From the IMG/VR virus record IMGVR_UViG_2711768071_000023: a stretch of DNA of 16,387 bases; one strand, 5' to 3'. Both the position numbers and the translations under genes were made by a program. Below, one piece after another: positions 1-8,614 of this stretch. The notes beneath the pieces are model-generated. The model was not told where the DNA came from. It did no database searches and saw only the letters and a list, made by a program, of their open reading frames with translations. Source of the DNA: a virus. Taxonomy: Duplodnaviria > Heunggongvirae > Uroviricota > Caudoviricetes. Position 1 is the first letter of the stretch. Every line of letters starts with the position of its first letter.

Positions 1-1461
1 ATGAAAAAATTACTGCATCTTTTTTTCCCGCTCTCGCTGCGGGTACGTTTTCTGTTAGCAACGGCAGCAGTAGTATTGGTGCTTTCGCTTGCCTACGGAA
101 TGGTTGCGCTGATCGGTTATAGCGTCAGTTTCGATAAAACCACGTTTCGGCTGTTACGTGGCGAGAGCAATCTGTTCTATACCCTTGCGAAGTGGGAAAA
201 CAATAAGTTGCATGTCGAGTTACCCGAAAATATCGACAAGCAAAGCCCCACGATGACACTAATTTATGATGAGAACGGGCAGCTTTTATGGGCGCAACGT
301 GACGTGCCCTGGCTGATGAAGATGATCCAGCCTGACTGGCTGAAATCGAATGGTTTTCATGAAATTGAAGCGGATGTTAACGATACCAGCCTCTTGCTGA
401 GTGGAGATCATTCGATACAGCAACAGTTGCAGGAAGTGCGGGAAGATGATGACGACGCGGAGATGACCCACTCGGTGGCGGTAAACGTCTACCCGGCAAC
501 ATCGCGGATGCCAAAGTTAACCATTGTGGTGGTGGATACCATTCCGGTGGAGCTAAAAAGTTCCTATATGGTCTGGAGCTGGTTTATCTATGTGCTCTCA
601 GCCAATCTGCTGTTAGTGATCCCGCTGCTGTGGGTCGCCGCCTGGTGGAGTTTACGCCCCATCGAAGCCCTGGCAAAAGAAGTCCGCGAACTGGAAGAAC
701 ATAACCGTGAATTGCTCAATCCAGCCACAACGCGAGAACTGACCAGTCTGGTACGAAACCTGAACCGACTGTTAAAAAGTGAACGCGAACGTTACGACAA
801 ATATCGTACAACGCTCACCGACCTGACCCATAGTCTGAAAACGCCACTGGCGGTGCTGCAAAGTACGCTGCGTTCTCTGCGTAGTGAGAAGATGAGCGTC
901 AGTGATGCTGAGCCGGTAATGCTGGAGCAAATCAGCCGCATTTCACAGCAAATTGGCTACTACCTGCATCGTGCCAGTATGCGCGGCGGGACATTGCTTA
1001 GCCGCGAGCTGCATCCGGTCGCGCCACTGTTGGACAATCTCACCTCGGCGCTGAACAAAGTGTATCAACGCAAAGGGGTCAATATCTCTCTCGATATCTC
1101 GCCAGAAATCAGCTTTGTTGGTGAGCAGAACGATTTTGTCGAAGTGATGGGCAACGTGCTGGATAACGCCTGTAAATATTGCCTCGAGTTTGTCGAAATT
1201 TCTGCAAGGCAAACCGACGAGCATCTCTATATTGTGGTCGAGGATGATGGCCCCGGTATTCCATTAAGCAAGCGAGAGGTCATTTTCGACCGTGGTCAAC
1301 GGGTTGATACTTTACGCCCTGGGCAAGGTGTGGGGCTGGCGGTAGCCCGCGAAATCACCGAGCAATATGAGGGTAAAATCGTCGCCGGAGAGAGCATGCT
1401 GGGCGGTGCGCGGATGGAGGTGATTTTTGGTCGCCAGCATTCTGCGCCGAAAGATGAATAA
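1..1461 (+). CDS. phoQ: Sensor histidine kinase PhoQ (complete)
   Basis: 486-aa ORF, ATG at 1, TAA at 1459-1461. Translation shows an N-terminal TM segment, periplasmic sensor region, second TM, H-box ([13 protein letters not shown]) and HATPase motifs ([15 protein letters not shown]). Near-identical to enterobacterial PhoQ as I recall it. Confidence 0.95.
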   Translation: MKKLLHLFFPLSLRVRFLLATAAVVLVLSLAYGMVALIGYSVSFDKTTFRLLRGESNLFYTLAKWENNKLHVELPENIDKQSPTMTLIYDENGQLLWAQRDVPWLMKMIQPDWLKSNGFHEIEADVNDTSLLLSGDHSIQQQLQEVREDDDDAEMTHSVAVNVYPATSRMPKLTIVVVDTIPVELKSSYMVWSWFIYVLSANLLLVIPLLWVAAWWSLRPIEALAKEVRELEEHNRELLNPATTRELTSLVRNLNRLLKSERERYDKYRTTLTDLTHSLKTPLAVLQSTLRSLRSEKMSVSDAEPVMLEQISRISQQIGYYLHRASMRGGTLLSRELHPVAPLLDNLTSALNKVYQRKGVNISLDISPEISFVGEQNDFVEVMGNVLDNACKYCLEFVEISARQTDEHLYIVVEDDGPGIPLSKREVIFDRGQRVDTLRPGQGVGLAVAREITEQYEGKIVAGESMLGGARMEVIFGRQHSAPKDE

Positions 1462-1543
1462 ATATGTCCTTTTATCACCAAATTAAGATAAGGCATTGAT
1501 TTAATTAAATAATTTGCACTGCAAAAAGTGCCAAAAATCGCAA

Positions 1544-1567
1544 ATTAACTACACCATTAACTACACC
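1544..1567. repeat. Perfect tandem direct repeat ATTAACTACACC x2 in the phoQ-proximal junction
   Basis: Two adjacent identical 12-mers read directly from the sequence, followed at 1584-1600 by AACAA motifs spaced 10 bp apart. Confidence 0.6.
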
Positions 1568-1932
1568 GTTCGGTGCACTGTATGAAACAACGTGGAACAA
1601 ATAGACACAAGAAATATACAGGCGGGTCATCTTTCCAGGGGAAAGCACGCCAATTCATGAGGGGCGTTAATGTCGATATGGGGATCCCCATAACGGGGCT
1701 ACCTGGCTTTTTTTCCGGTTAAATGTCAATCAGGCTGGTGGGTTTTACATACCCTTGATCACCGTAATGATGATTCAGATCTGCACCTTTCCACCAATGG
1801 TGGAAAAGCCCACAGCAGGCCGCCCAGCCTCCCCCAATGGGGGATTGTGGAAGAATCAACGGGTTAGGCCTTAATCATCTGCGTAATCATAAGTAATCAT
1901 AATGTTCATTCATCCAGCGCAATTTTGCGTTA

Positions 1933-1956
1933 TCGGGAATATCAAACAGTTACCGC
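1933..1956. repeat. 24-bp direct repeat, copy 1 (TCGGGAATATCAAACAGTTACCGC)
   Basis: Matches 2077-2100 at 23 of 24 positions; lies in the non-coding junction 144 bp from copy 2. Confidence 0.7.
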
Positions 1957-2076
1957 GCCGACTTCCTCAAATTGAGGTTTCCGAAAATATCAGCGGGTTA
2001 GCGATTAAGCTGACCATTAATTAAACTGCGAAAATGTCGTAGTTGTGAGGGGTGTAGCCAACCCATTTTTGGACCG

Positions 2077-2100
2077 TCGGGAATATCAACCAGTTACCGC
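2077..2100. repeat. 24-bp direct repeat, copy 2 (TCGGGAATATCAACCAGTTACCGC), spans the stop codon of the terminal island gene
   Basis: One mismatch relative to 1933-1956; includes the TAA (2094-2096, minus strand) of the 97-aa ORF. Confidence 0.7.
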
Positions 2101-2387
2101 CGCAACCGCTCCGGCTTCTTCCAGTGGTAAGTAATTTTTTCTTTCTCCTGGAACATCTCCACGCGGCGACGATATGACAACAACTCCAGAACTCTGGTGC
2201 GTATATTGCGTATATCCACGCCGTTAAGCTCGATACCGTCACGGCGCATCACCTCAGCCACCACACGCGCGTAATTTTCGGCTATCACGCTGTCCGGCTG
2301 CGTGGCCTCCTGTTTGCCTGCTTCCTGGCTGATTCCGGTAACGCGGCGGATTATTTTTAGTAGTTCGGTTTCGCTCATTCTCGTCAT
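2094..2387 (-). CDS. Hypothetical small basic protein (97 aa), last gene of the packaging operon
   Basis: ATG at 2387 overlaps the terL stop as ATGA (translational coupling). Arg/Lys-rich C-terminus. No family recognised. Confidence 0.6.
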   Translation of the reverse strand: MTRMSETELLKIIRRVTGISQEAGKQEATQPDSVIAENYARVVAEVMRRDGIELNGVDIRNIRTRVLELLSYRRRVEMFQEKEKITYHWKKPERLRR

Positions 2388-4045
2388 ACCCCATCAAACG
2401 CCGCAAGCCGCTCTTTGTGGCTGTCGCTCATATCAAATGCAAATTCCTCATGCTCTGCCTGGAATGTGCCAAACGCCATCAGCGCCGCAACGCTCGGGTC
2501 TATCTTGTTGGATGATTTTTTCTTGTTCGGCTTGATATTGGCGTTCGCGTCACTCTGCATCACAACATTACTCATTGACCAGGCCAGCACCGGATCGCCA
2601 CGATGCACAATCACCTTCCGGTTAACAAAAACTTCGAACGATTTCGCCGCCGGACTGAAACGAAGGTATGTTTGCGGGAACGGCTCCACCTCAAATCCTG
2701 CCCCCTGTAGCTGCGTCCTCAGGTGCGTGGCGTTCCATGTATCGAAGCCCACCAGCCTGATATTGAAATTCTCTGCATCCGCCATGATGTCATCACGGAT
2801 ACGGTCATAATCAATGCAGTCACCCGGTGTTGTGCGTATCCAGCCCGCCTTTACCCACTGGCGATAGATGGCGCGGTTTTTATTGGCGGGGTTCTGTAGC
2901 TGAAATTCCGGCAGATAGTGACGGGAAACCAGCATAATCTTTTTACCGACCGGAAAGGCATAGCACACGCTGGAAATATCGCTGGTTGATGATAAGTCCA
3001 GCCCCGCGTAGCACTCCTGCCCGTATAAATCCGCCTCCGCGAACGTTCCGGCGCACTCCGCCCATGCACCGTTACCCATCCACGGCGTAGCCCCCTGACA
3101 CCAGATATTGAATCGCTTGGTGAGCATTTCCACCCACTGCGACGGAATACCCCGCGCTTTCTGGATGGTTGAGGCCAGTTTTTCACGATCGACGGAAACA
3201 TCGATATTGGGATTCGCCTTTATCCACATCGCCGGATCGTCAACCTCGCTTTCATCATCCAGCTCGTAAATCAGCACGAACATGGATTCGTTCACCTCTT
3301 CACCATCCAGTATCTGGCAGCAATAGTCATAGTGTTGTTTACAGGCTGAAACAACGTTGCTCCCCGATGTGGTGATGGCAAATAACAGCCCCTCCGGACG
3401 CGCCCCCATTCCCAGTTCAAGCGCGGAATAAACCCCGTTGTCAGGGTGCAGGTGATATTCATCCACAATGGCAAGACTCGGGTTTGTACCTTCAATGGTT
3501 GCCGCTTTTGCTGCCAGTGGCTTTAACAGGCTGTTGGTTTTCGGGTGTATCACCTTGTGTGCCTGAATATTTACCCGCTTTCGTAACGGTCGGGATAAAA
3601 GGCACATCTGACGCGCATCATCAAACACGATCCGCGCCTGATCACGACTCACGGCGGCGGTGTAAATATCCTGCTGCCCGTTTTCCATAACCAGAAACCA
3701 GTTAGCCAGGATAGCGGCGACCGTGGATTTGGCATTTTTTCGCGGCACTTCAATGAATGCGCTGGTGTATTTGCGCCGTCCGGTGGCCTTAACCTTAAAG
3801 CCCAGGATGCACGCAAAGGCGAACTGCTGCCACGGCTCCAGCTCAATGGGGCTACCGCGCATTGCGCCTTTTACGTGCGGACACACCCTGGAAAAGGCAA
3901 TAAACCGCTCCACGACCTCCGGATCGAACGTGTAAAGGGGGTTTTCAAGGTCAGAAAAATACCGTTTAACGGCCTGTTTCAGTCGTTTACAGGCCGTAAT
4001 TTTGCCGTTTTTTACGCCTTCTGCGTACTCATGCCAGGCGGTCAA
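2384..4045 (-). CDS. terL: Phage terminase large subunit (553 aa)
   Basis: Long ORF whose translation has terminase ATPase and nuclease domain character. Lies directly downstream of terS with a 17-nt overlap. The ORF-track start at 4045 is a TTG codon, so the exact start is uncertain. Confidence 0.88.
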   Translation of the reverse strand: MTAWHEYAEGVKNGKITACKRLKQAVKRYFSDLENPLYTFDPEVVERFIAFSRVCPHVKGAMRGSPIELEPWQQFAFACILGFKVKATGRRKYTSAFIEVPRKNAKSTVAAILANWFLVMENGQQDIYTAAVSRDQARIVFDDARQMCLLSRPLRKRVNIQAHKVIHPKTNSLLKPLAAKAATIEGTNPSLAIVDEYHLHPDNGVYSALELGMGARPEGLLFAITTSGSNVVSACKQHYDYCCQILDGEEVNESMFVLIYELDDESEVDDPAMWIKANPNIDVSVDREKLASTIQKARGIPSQWVEMLTKRFNIWCQGATPWMGNGAWAECAGTFAEADLYGQECYAGLDLSSTSDISSVCYAFPVGKKIMLVSRHYLPEFQLQNPANKNRAIYRQWVKAGWIRTTPGDCIDYDRIRDDIMADAENFNIRLVGFDTWNATHLRTQLQGAGFEVEPFPQTYLRFSPAAKSFEVFVNRKVIVHRGDPVLAWSMSNVVMQSDANANIKPNKKKSSNKIDPSVAALMAFGTFQAEHEEFAFDMSDSHKERLAAFDGV

Positions 4046-4385
4046 GCTCGTCCTCTTCCTCTGTTTCCGGTGGATTTCTGCGGCGACTTACCGGGTCAAA
4101 ACCCAGCAAAGAAGCCATTTTGATCATTATTCTTTCAGCGTCAGCCTTTGCGCTCAGGGCGGGGTTTCTGCTCTCGCTGCCCTGACTGTTAACAATGCTG
4201 AACCCGCGCGTGGCAAGGTCTTCGACGGCTTTGCGGTATATGGAGTAGTTAACACAATACAGCTCCAGATTGCTCCAGTCGGCGGGGGTAAGGTCTTCCC
4301 GTCCGGAAAGCTGGCGCGATTTTTCCTTCCACTGCCTGACCGCGATTTCATCCAGGTAAGCGGGGGCTTTTGGTGGTCTTGCCAT
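4029..4385 (-). CDS. terS: Phage terminase small subunit, P27 family (118 aa)
   Basis: Internal ATG at 4385 gives MARPPKAPAYLDE... with the conserved P27-family pattern (W..L...G.LT.AD...LE.YC..Y, C-terminal GF.P.SRRR). The 47 upstream codons of the track ORF look non-coding. Confidence 0.85.
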   Translation of the reverse strand: MARPPKAPAYLDEIAVRQWKEKSRQLSGREDLTPADWSNLELYCVNYSIYRKAVEDLATRGFSIVNSQGSESRNPALSAKADAERIMIKMASLLGFDPVSRRRNPPETEEEDELDRLA

Positions 4386-4673
4386 GTTCTTTTTTCGCCC
4401 AATTATTTTCAAAAAAATTCCCGTGCACAAAAATTTGAGGAGGCGGTCGGTGTCCGGCAGGGACGGTTTCGTCCTGAAAACCACCCCCACCCCCTCTGAC
4501 GGCCTCACCAGCGATTGCGAAAACATTCCATGACCTCGCGGTCACGGTCGGTTAATTGCTTCGCTGTGGTGCGTTCTGTGCGCCCTGTCCTGTTGGCTTT
4601 GTGCCCTGTCTCCTGTGTCTTCCATAAGTCACGCTGCCTTATCAGTCCACGTATCAGCCTGGTTTGCTCCTGT
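4386..4673. other. Candidate cos / terminase-recognition region between HNH and terS
   Basis: 288-bp gap in an otherwise overlapping operon. Contains a GC-rich run CCACCCCCACCCCC (4481-4494), short hairpin 4458-4476, and direct repeats TGTGCGCCCTGTC / TGTGCCCTGTC (4577-4589, 4600-4610). HNH-cos-terS is the usual arrangement in HK97-like cos phages. Confidence 0.35.
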
Positions 4674-5114
4674 TCAGTCATCATCGCCATACATCCAGTC
4701 GTTACGGTGTGCTGCCCGTTCTTCCTGCTCGCGATACATGCCCGCCTTACGGTTCGCTTTCGTGGCTGGATCTTCCCGTGTCGTCTTACGGTTGTGGCAC
4801 GTCTGGCACAATGCCTGGTGGTTCCACTCAGGCCAGAAGAGAACATCACCGCCGCCATTGATGGGGATGATGTGATCCACCACAAGAGCTGGCGTATAAA
4901 TCCCCTTAGCCAGACAACGCACGCATAACGGGTTTTTGCTCAGGTACAGGGCGCGGTATTTGTCCCACTGTCGGGAATACCCGCGCGCGCGGCGGTGTCC
5001 CCGTCTGGCATCCTCTGCACGCCATACAGCCCGTCTGTGCTCTTCACACTTGCCGGACTTCACGCGCTTATTACAGCCCGGCTCAGTGCATCGCCTTAAT
5101 GGTTGCCACGGCAT
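4674..5114 (-). CDS. HNH endonuclease, packaging-associated (146 aa)
   Basis: Cys-rich N-terminus (CTEPGCNKRVKSGKCEEH) and HNH core (VVDHIIPINGGGD ... NHQALCQTCHNRKT). ATG at 5114 overlaps the connector stop by 1 nt. Preceded by SD GGGGGTG. Confidence 0.85.
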   Translation of the reverse strand: MPWQPLRRCTEPGCNKRVKSGKCEEHRRAVWRAEDARRGHRRARGYSRQWDKYRALYLSKNPLCVRCLAKGIYTPALVVDHIIPINGGGDVLFWPEWNHQALCQTCHNRKTTREDPATKANRKAGMYREQEERAAHRNDWMYGDDD

Positions 5115-5416
5115 CAGTACACCCCCACATCACGATAAACCGACCAGAGCGCAGAAATAGCCATAGGCAGTTCAGACTGCTCCACTGGTGAAACTGCTTC
5201 CCTGTTCTCGTACAGGAAAGCGATGTACATCAGGCAACCAACACGCATTGCCGGGGTAAATTCCAGCCCGTCTTCAAAACGTTTCCCGATATGCTTCTGG
5301 CAGGCTTCCAGCGCCGCATCGGTATACATTTTCAGAAGTTCGCCTTCACCGGATAAATCATCATCAAGTCGAAGATGTGCCCTGACTTCATCAGGTGTAA
5401 TTCTGGCTTCACTCAT
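5114..5416 (-). CDS. gp6-like head-tail connector / DNA-packaging protein (100 aa)
   Basis: Internal ATG at 5416 with strong SD AAGGGAG. Small acidic protein with the pattern typical of gp6-like head-tail connectors. Overlaps the portal stop by 8 nt. Confidence 0.65.
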   Translation of the reverse strand: MSEARITPDEVRAHLRLDDDLSGEGELLKMYTDAALEACQKHIGKRFEDGLEFTPAMRVGCLMYIAFLYENREAVSPVEQSELPMAISALWSVYRDVGVY

Positions 5417-6623
5417 CTTTTCTCCCTTTAATTTCCACAGTCTGTTTCCATGCCTGGCTGAACTCATCACCACCTTCACGCGGCGGCATACCCTCGCGTT
5501 CGCGAGCTTCGTTCGGATTCATGATCCCGCTCTTAATCCCTTTCTCATACGTGGCATAACGTTCGGTGGGTGTGGCGCGCAGTAAATCGGCTGAATCAAA
5601 CTCAACCAGATAACGGGTACCAGGTACGGGAGAAGTCACCAGCAAAGCGGCCTTGATTTGCTGTTCGAAGTTCGCCAGCCACGGGCGCATTGTCATGGTC
5701 AGAAATGCGCGGCTCGCCTCACTGAAATTGCTGTAGGTGCTGTTGCTGTATTCCTGAAGAAAAATCGGCGACACGTTGAACATCCTGGCGATGTCTTCAA
5801 TGGAGAAGCGACGGGAGGCCAGCCATTCCGCATCCTGGTTACTCATCCCCAGCTGCCTGTAATCCATGCCCCCTTCAAGGATTGGCGTTTTTCCGGCATT
5901 TTTCGCCCCCTTGTAGCGTTCCAGTGCGTCTAATGCCTGTTTACCTTTCACGCCGTCCAGCCATTCACCTGACGTGATAATCCCTGCCGCCATCATGCCA
6001 TCTTTCATAATGCTGGCTCCGTGACGCTGTTGAGCAAGGCCAAGCCCCAGCGCCTCACGGCAAATCGTGACGGGGGAACGCCCCAGAAAGCCATCATCCG
6101 AGGCATAGCGGAGATGCAGAACTTCTTCCTGTAAATACGTGCGCACCGTTCCTGTACAGGGTTCGGTGATGGTATAGCGGTATTTGTGTGTGCCTGTGCG
6201 TTCCGGTACAACACACCCCGGCGCATAAGGATGAAGTGATTTTGGCTGCCCGTCCCGCCCCCACTCAATAACCGCATAGGCGTTACCGTTCAGCAGGCAG
6301 TGACGCATCATTGTGCGTTTAAACTGGTAAGGTGTCAGGCACGAATTAGGCTGCTCATTCAGCAGAATATCTACCGGGTGACTGTCCAGCCATTCCCGCG
6401 CCTCTCTGCCCTTATCATTGCGTACCAGATACAGGTAACACGGCATCGTGGCCACCGCCTCAGCGATGACAGAAACCGCGTTCATCACAGCAGGCAATGA
6501 TTCAGCCGTCCCGGCAGAAACATATTCTCCGGATCCGGTATTTGGTACACCAGACAACGCCAGAAAATCATCAATGGACAGGTTACGCAGATCGCTTTTT
6601 TTACGACTAAAAGGCCACCACAT
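5409..6623 (-). CDS. Phage portal protein, HK97-like (404 aa)
   Basis: Internal ATG at 6623 (MWWPFSRKKSDL...). Size and sequence character typical of HK97-family portals. Lies between protease and connector. Confidence 0.88.
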   Translation of the reverse strand: MWWPFSRKKSDLRNLSIDDFLALSGVPNTGSGEYVSAGTAESLPAVMNAVSVIAEAVATMPCYLYLVRNDKGREAREWLDSHPVDILLNEQPNSCLTPYQFKRTMMRHCLLNGNAYAVIEWGRDGQPKSLHPYAPGCVVPERTGTHKYRYTITEPCTGTVRTYLQEEVLHLRYASDDGFLGRSPVTICREALGLGLAQQRHGASIMKDGMMAAGIITSGEWLDGVKGKQALDALERYKGAKNAGKTPILEGGMDYRQLGMSNQDAEWLASRRFSIEDIARMFNVSPIFLQEYSNSTYSNFSEASRAFLTMTMRPWLANFEQQIKAALLVTSPVPGTRYLVEFDSADLLRATPTERYATYEKGIKSGIMNPNEAREREGMPPREGGDEFSQAWKQTVEIKGRKDE

Positions 6624-6624
6624 A

Positions 6625-7185
6625 TCACAACCCCGCCAGTTCAGCCCAGCGATGACGATTATTTCCTGCCGGGCGTAATTCAGGGTACTGTGCAAACAAC
6701 GAACGGTGGGCAATCTCCACGCCGGATTCGGGATAAGCAGGCATCGATGTTATCGTGATTTCACGGAGTTCTGCTGCGGTTACAGTACGCAGATACGGTT
6801 TTTGCGCGATATTCCACTCCTCGCATAATGCGCGAAAGCCAAAGCTCATTCCTGTAATATCGCCACGTTCCACCAGCGTAAGCACATCTTTTCCAAGCTG
6901 GGTATTTGGCGGTGTCAGTTCAAAACGTAGCCCGGTGTTATCCTCAGTCAGTACCAGTGAGCCGGATTTGGTACGCCCCAGCAGTTGGGTATAGTCATGC
7001 TCATACAGACAGCGCACATCATTACCTGCCGCCAGATAGTCAGCAAAAGCCCCCGGCGTGAACTGTTCGCGAAACTCGTCCCAGATAATTTCTGAAAGGC
7101 TGTTCCAGCGAACGGCATAACCCACCAGTTTTTTATCGCTGGCGGTCAGTTCAGATGTACGGATTTCAAAATCGGTGTTTTTCAT
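6625..7185 (-). CDS. Prohead protease, HK97 family (186 aa)
   Basis: Internal ATG at 7185 (MKNTDFEIRTSE...) with SD GGAG. Translation resembles HK97-type prohead proteases (GYAVRWN..., ...GMSFGF...). Stop lies immediately upstream of the portal start. Confidence 0.85.
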   Translation of the reverse strand: MKNTDFEIRTSELTASDKKLVGYAVRWNSLSEIIWDEFREQFTPGAFADYLAAGNDVRCLYEHDYTQLLGRTKSGSLVLTEDNTGLRFELTPPNTQLGKDVLTLVERGDITGMSFGFRALCEEWNIAQKPYLRTVTAAELREITITSMPAYPESGVEIAHRSLFAQYPELRPAGNNRHRWAELAGL

Positions 7186-7234
7186 CGGTGTACTCCATAA
7201 AGCTGAAAAAGGAGGCCGAAGCCCCCTTTGCTCA

Positions 7235-8380
7235 TTACTTGCCAGCCTGAATTTCCAGAATCTTGATGGCGTTCGAATCCACCACACCACCGCCCAGATA
7301 TTTCTGGGTATAGATGTTAATGAATCCAGGCTCGCTGAAATCCGGACGGGTACGCGTACCGGTTTTATGGTCAACGATGAAATAACCGCGCTTAAAGTCA
7401 CCGACTGCAATCACACCGTCCGGCATAAATTCCAGATATTCAACCGGAAGCCCCAGCAGAGAATCAGGATCACCAGCCTGTAAACGATCGCGCCAGATGT
7501 AATCACCAGTGGCATTTTTCAGTTTTTGTGCGGAGGCGGCTGTATTTGAGTTCATCACCCATACAGCTTTTTTGCGGTACTTATTGCGCAGCGTAAATTT
7601 CAGGTCAATCAGCATATCGGCGCTGAGACTGCCAGTCACTTTTTTCGTCTGGAGCGTACCGAAAGGACGGGTTTTGTCATTATCCGTAGTGCGCGGGAAA
7701 GTCAGGAAACCTTTGGCTTTTTTCTCGCCATCACCGGAAACCAGATCCGTTTCTTCGGTATCAACGAAAGTGTCGCCAATTTCAGAAGATAACCAGCCCA
7801 TAATATCGACTTCGGAAAAATCGATAATTTCCTGAGTGGTTTTCGGGTAAGCGTAGATCGGATACAGGCGGATACTGACTTCATTCAGTTTTGGGGTTGC
7901 CGTCTGGTTACGTGCCGCACCTTCTTCGCCGTGTCCCACGACCGCACCCCCGGCAGAAACCAGTTGCTTAAATTCATTACTGTGAATGGTTTTAACAGTA
8001 CAGATTTTACGCATCACCGACTCATCAGAAAGCTGACGCATAATTTCTCTGTTCAGTTCCGGGATAACCGTATAACCACCATCAGCCGGGACACTGCCGG
8101 ACAGGTTGCGGGTTTCCCCGGTCAGAATGTAAGAGCGTAGTTCGTCTTTGGTGATTTTCTCTTCGACGGAAACACCTGGCTGGTTACGTTCTTCATCCGC
8201 AACAGCTTCAAGACGGGAGATTTCTGTGTCGAGGGAATCGGCTTTTGCACGCAGTTCATCAAACTGTTTGCCTTCGTCATCGTTCAGGCTGCGGTTTTCA
8301 CTGTCGGCTTTTTCCAGCAGGGATCGCATCTGGTTTTTCAGGGCGGTTTTTTGCTGGCGGAGTTCGATTAATTTCTTCAT
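7235..8380 (-). CDS. Major capsid protein, HK97 fold with N-terminal delta domain (381 aa)
   Basis: ATG at 8380. First ~100 residues are a coiled-coil-like scaffold segment (LRQQKTALKNQMRSLLEKA... LDTEISRLEAV) followed by an HK97-type capsid body. Confidence 0.9.
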   Translation of the reverse strand: MKKLIELRQQKTALKNQMRSLLEKADSENRSLNDDEGKQFDELRAKADSLDTEISRLEAVADEERNQPGVSVEEKITKDELRSYILTGETRNLSGSVPADGGYTVIPELNREIMRQLSDESVMRKICTVKTIHSNEFKQLVSAGGAVVGHGEEGAARNQTATPKLNEVSIRLYPIYAYPKTTQEIIDFSEVDIMGWLSSEIGDTFVDTEETDLVSGDGEKKAKGFLTFPRTTDNDKTRPFGTLQTKKVTGSLSADMLIDLKFTLRNKYRKKAVWVMNSNTAASAQKLKNATGDYIWRDRLQAGDPDSLLGLPVEYLEFMPDGVIAVGDFKRGYFIVDHKTGTRTRPDFSEPGFINIYTQKYLGGGVVDSNAIKILEIQAGK

Positions 8381-8573
8381 GAAGGTTTTCTCGTATTGGT
8401 TAAGATTCAGGACGTGAAACCAACACGGAGGGAGCGCCGCCCGACACTCTCGGCATCTCGCAGATCAACCCGGCATCGCGCAGGGGGTCAGGCGGCATTG
8501 TGGCGGCTCACGTCTGAGTGCCACACGCCAACATATACATAAAAATCAGTATGTAAACATCAGCCAGAATCAC

Positions 8574-8602
8574 CGAACAACCTGGAACAACCACGAACAA
8601 AT
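8574..8602 (-). promoter_or_regulatory. Three 10-bp-phased TTGTTC repeats upstream of the capsid operon
   Basis: Plus strand reads cGAACAAcc tgGAACAAcc acGAACAAat, i.e. TTGTTC x3 on the coding (minus) strand at exact 10-bp spacing. Sits just downstream of the 8615-8644 terminator and about 190 bp upstream of the capsid ATG. Confidence 0.45.
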
Positions 8603-8614
8603 AATTTACAAAAC

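Noticed and set aside
1-1496. Minus-strand ORFs inside phoQ (286-471, 943-1224, 1296-1496)
   Set aside because: Embedded antisense in a conserved, full-length core gene.
1462-2093. tRNA or tmRNA gene as integration target at the phoQ-proximal end
   Set aside because: No cloverleaf-compatible segment with a conserved T-loop (GTTCRANNC) flanked by suitable stems was recognisable by eye. The integrase-proximal att site is outside the window, so the target identity stays open.
2415-4499. Plus-strand track ORFs antisense to terL and terS (2415-2810, 3169-3375, 3484-3690, 3723-3935, 3875-4123, 4002-4499)
   Set aside because: All lie inside well-supported minus-strand genes and have compositionally skewed (Ser/Cys/Arg-rich) translations without start-site signals; treated as antisense shadows.
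4386-4526. N-terminal 47-codon extension of the terS track ORF (and similar extensions at 5417-5479, 6624-6713, 7186-7410, 12739-12804)
   Set aside because: Internal ATGs with Shine-Dalgarno sequences and stop/start coupling to the upstream gene give compact genes of family-typical length. The extensions overlap upstream genes in another frame and look non-coding.
4505-4885. 126-aa minus-strand track ORF, including a possible 58-aa protein with an LTDRDREV HTH-like motif
   Set aside because: Upstream part is an alternative frame of the HNH gene. Downstream part is low-complexity and generated by TGT/ACAGG DNA repeats in the HNH-terS gap. Kept only as an alternative in the cos finding.
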